Positions 60,496 through 64,000 of a stretch of DNA of 64,000 nt are shown here, piece after piece. Below the pieces are notes generated by a model. It ran no database searches, was not told the DNA's origin, and worked only from the letters and a program-made list of their open reading frames with translations. The stretch's first letter is position 1. Every line of letters starts with the position of its first letter. Made by a program: the position numbers and the translations under genes. Source of the DNA: the human T2T-CHM13v2.0 reference genome, Homo sapiens; NCBI RefSeq assembly GCF_009914755.1, contig NC_060934.1; one strand, written 5' to 3'.

Positions 60496-61537
60496 CTTAT
60501 AAATAGATAAATAAATAACAGTTAAAAGATATATAGACTTTCTTTTTTGTTTGTTTGTTTGTTTGTTTGAGACAGAGTCTTGCTCTCTTACCCAGGCTGG
60601 AGAGCAGTGGCCTCATCATACCTGACTGTCACCCTTTGGGCTCAATCAATCCTTCTACCTCAGCCTCTTCAGTAGCTGAAACTATTAAATTTCGAGCCTA
60701 ATGAGTTATTCTCTGAAAGTGAATGTCTCCTTTGAAATTACATAAATTCAAATTCCCTCACAGCTTTCTTACACTTGGTGGCGGAGGGTAGATGTCCTCT
60801 CCACCCAAATTCCCTAATAGCTTTCTAATAACGCAGAAACCAGTAATGGAAGATTTACAGCTTCTAAAACTACAATAAATGATATAAAAACATATCTAAG
60901 AACATCTGATGTATTATTCTCAGGTTTTAAACAAATTCCTGTACTCTAATGAAGCAGAATTCTGGAATATAGAGAACACAGTAAGCTATGACTTAAAAGT
61001 TTCTGAAAAATGATATTTACTAGGCTGGGTGTAGCAATGCATTCTTGTAGTCCCAGCTCCCAAGGCTGAGCTGGGAGGATTGCTTGAGCCCGAGTTTGTA
61101 TCTTGCCTAGGAGACACAGCAAAACCCTGTCTCCAGAAACAAACAAACAAAAAATTTAAGTGATTATTAGTATTCTTAAACTTGTAACATAATTAAAATA
61201 TAGGAACCACAAAAGAATAATCTCTAGCTAGATTTTTTTTTTAATTACAAAAGACATCTTTAAAAAGAAAAAACACCCTAAATTCTGGTTTACTACATGG
61301 TTGAATGTTCCATTAAACATTTTTTCAATGAGCCAATAATATATATGACTTTAAAAATAGGTCCAGGTATTAGTTAACTCTTGCTGGCAATTCACAGATT
61401 AATTCCTAGTGCCTAGTATCTATCCAATAATATTGCTGCTATTAGGGTAATCAGCAGCTTGTTAAAAGTAAATTTTTTAAAAAAGATAAGGGTTAAGCTA
61501 ATTAGTGTATCAGAATAATTCAAAGCAGAAATCTTAG

Positions 61538-61717
<180 letters not shown>

Positions 61718-63279
61718 TAAAATTTTTTGGTAGAAACAGGGTCTCACTATGTTGCCCAGGCTGGTCTCCAACTCCTGGGCTGAAGCGATCAATCGTCCCA
61801 CCTTGGCCTCCCAAAATGTTGGGATTATAGGCAAGAGCCACAGCACCAGGCCTGTAAAGCTTTCTGATTAGACTCCTTGCCAATGGTATTATTCTCTTCT
61901 AACTCAACTTCTAATCTGCCTTGCTGTCAGTTATTATAAAATGTCAATTTGATTATACAGATTCCACAATTAAAACTATCACCTAGAGTATAATGTTAAA
62001 ACTCCTTAGCATGATATATAAGGGCATTTCATGATCATTCCTCTAGCCATCTCCTTACACCACTCTCCCCCATGAACCATCATGTATATTGCAGATAATC
62101 ACACCTACTCAGAGAGTTCCCAAAACACCTAATGTTCTTGTATATGTCCAGCCTCTTGTCCACCTAGCAAAAAACTTCACTTAACCTCTAAGGAATCAAT
62201 TTAGACTAGCCTTTTTGAACTAGTATCCTAGCTTTGACATTTCCTTTTCTGGGTTCTCATAGCACCTTGAACAAAGTTCTTAAAACACTTCACATAATTA
62301 TGAAAACAATTATTTGTGTGACGCTTTTCTACCTCAAAAGCTCACACAAATTAAATAAAATTTCAGTCCAGTAATGTCATCAGGGCTTGAAGGAGACCAA
62401 GGCAAAAAAGACATGCTAAATCTTGTGTATATGCAATGCACAAGTGTGCATTTCTTTTTTTGGGGTGAAAGATTCAGCTTTCATCAGATTTTGAAAGGGA
62501 TTAGTAACCTAAAAAGATCAAGCAGCATTGCACTAAAATGGTTCTTACTCATTTTTACATAGCTTACTCATTTTTATATATTCTTACTGCCTATGACAGA
62601 GACTGCGTCTCTTATTAGATGCTCAATAACTGTTGAATAAACAAAGTAAACATTTTCCAGAAAACAATAAATTTAACAGAATACTGTCATACAAACACTT
62701 AATTTGTTCATAATTTTTGCATTAATGTAGTAAATTGCCATCTGAAATGTATATCAAACATTATCAAAACTTTTGTCCAACAAAATCATTTATATTAGAG
62801 GAGAATGAAACAATATAGTTTGTCATTCAAGATTTGATGAACTAATTTGTAAGTAAATGTTCTGTGTATAAATATTACAGATAAGAACATCTACATAGGT
62901 TCATGAAAAATGCTGCCAATATTAATATTTTAATAGTAGACATGGATCTACTAACTGGACTAAAATACCAATCTAAAAAGAGGAGAAAGGAACTGCATTT
63001 TGTAAATTCAAGGCGTTATTACATGTCTGTTCTGATAGATCAAAAAGTAACATAAAATAATCAACGTTTCCCTATTAATTCATATTAAATCTGGCCAAAA
63101 AACAGGAATTGAGAAACAAGCATTCTGACAATCTTTTCGGTACTTTTATATCTTATTGTCCCCCAAATGTGTTAACCACTATTTTTCCCCCCTCCATTTC
63201 TATTCCTAAGGAGGGAACCATTCTATTTAATAAGCTTCAGTTCCACCAAGAGTGTTCTTTATCAGCCTAAAATACACAC

Positions 63280-63558
63280 CTGTCCTTGTTTCCAACATTC
63301 TTTGAAAAGCTTCCAATTACTGCTATTCTTATAATCCTTAAGCCATAAAATATGCTTCTCACAGATCCAAGAATGTGGTATATCACTGTATAATTTATTA
63401 TTTTCATCCACTGCAGATATTATGCTTTCTTCAGGCTCTTCTTTAAGCTCTGGTTTTACATTTATCTTGGAGGTTTTACTTGGTGGAATTTTGTTTTCAA
63501 CAACTGAAGCAATTATGTCATCAAGAATGTTAGGCATAGTCCGTCCACTTTTGCTACT
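63280..63558 (-). CDS. JMJD1C: JMJD1C internal exon (SSKSGRTMPNILDDII...KECWKQGQ); gene continues beyond the window
   Basis: Acceptor ttccttaatag, 279 nt, donor CAG|GTGTGT; ORF track 63262..63537. Confidence 0.93.
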
Positions 63559-64000
63559 CTATTAAGGAAAAAACAAAACAAAAAAAACCTGTTTTTGAGA
63601 GAAATCAAATACATTTTCCTCCCACAGACTTATTTTTTTTTAAACAATATCCCTACACTCCACAATATGCACTTCTCTTAGATTTGAGTTCCTATATTCC
63701 TGACAAAATGCAAACCAGAAGTCTGGTTGTGTGAGAACTGCCAGGTCTGAAAAACTTAGAAGTACAGCCTTCCTGTCTTTTACATTGTTATAGGCCTGGG
63801 ACAGAGAATACAAGTAGGTGGCATCCCTCATATACATTTTTTAAAATTTTTAAATATTTTATAAGAAATAGAGATGAGGGTCTTGCTATGTTGCTCAGGC
63901 TGGTTTCAAACTCCTGGGCTCAAGCAATCCTCCCACCTCAGCCTCCCAAAGTGCTAGGATTACAGGCATGATTGACCCCCCAATACTCCATATATATATA

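Overview
Primate, most likely human (chr10q21.3 by recall), Alu-rich genomic DNA with two convergent protein-coding genes. NRBF2 is complete on the + strand: CpG-island promoter at ~7.2-7.9 kb, four coding exons (7574-7603, 20330-20414, 26271-26311, 27632-28339; 864 nt, 287 aa) and AATAAA at 29126. The 3' end of JMJD1C is on the - strand: nine coding exons from 63558 to 42162 (443 aa including the JmjC domain), with a 3' UTR to ~41340. The remainder is roughly 60 Alu copies and fragments, a HERV-W/LTR17 solo LTR, other LTRs, DNA transposons and L1 fragments. I found no prokaryotic-type system or CRISPR array. Best leads: (1) an upstream ATG that is an out-of-frame overlapping ORF when NRBF2 exon 2 is included and the in-frame start when it is skipped; (2) a retroposed, A-tailed 5' tRNA-Asp fragment with a target-site duplication (TSD); (3) a compact GATA x3/ETS/GFI1/RUNX cluster and a strong CTCF motif between the genes; (4) candidate poison exons or intronic polyadenylation inside the JMJD1C JmjC domain; (5) a twin-primed, 5'-inverted L1. 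Repeat family names and gene identities come from recalled sequences, not database searches. Repeat boundaries without a stated TSD are approximate.
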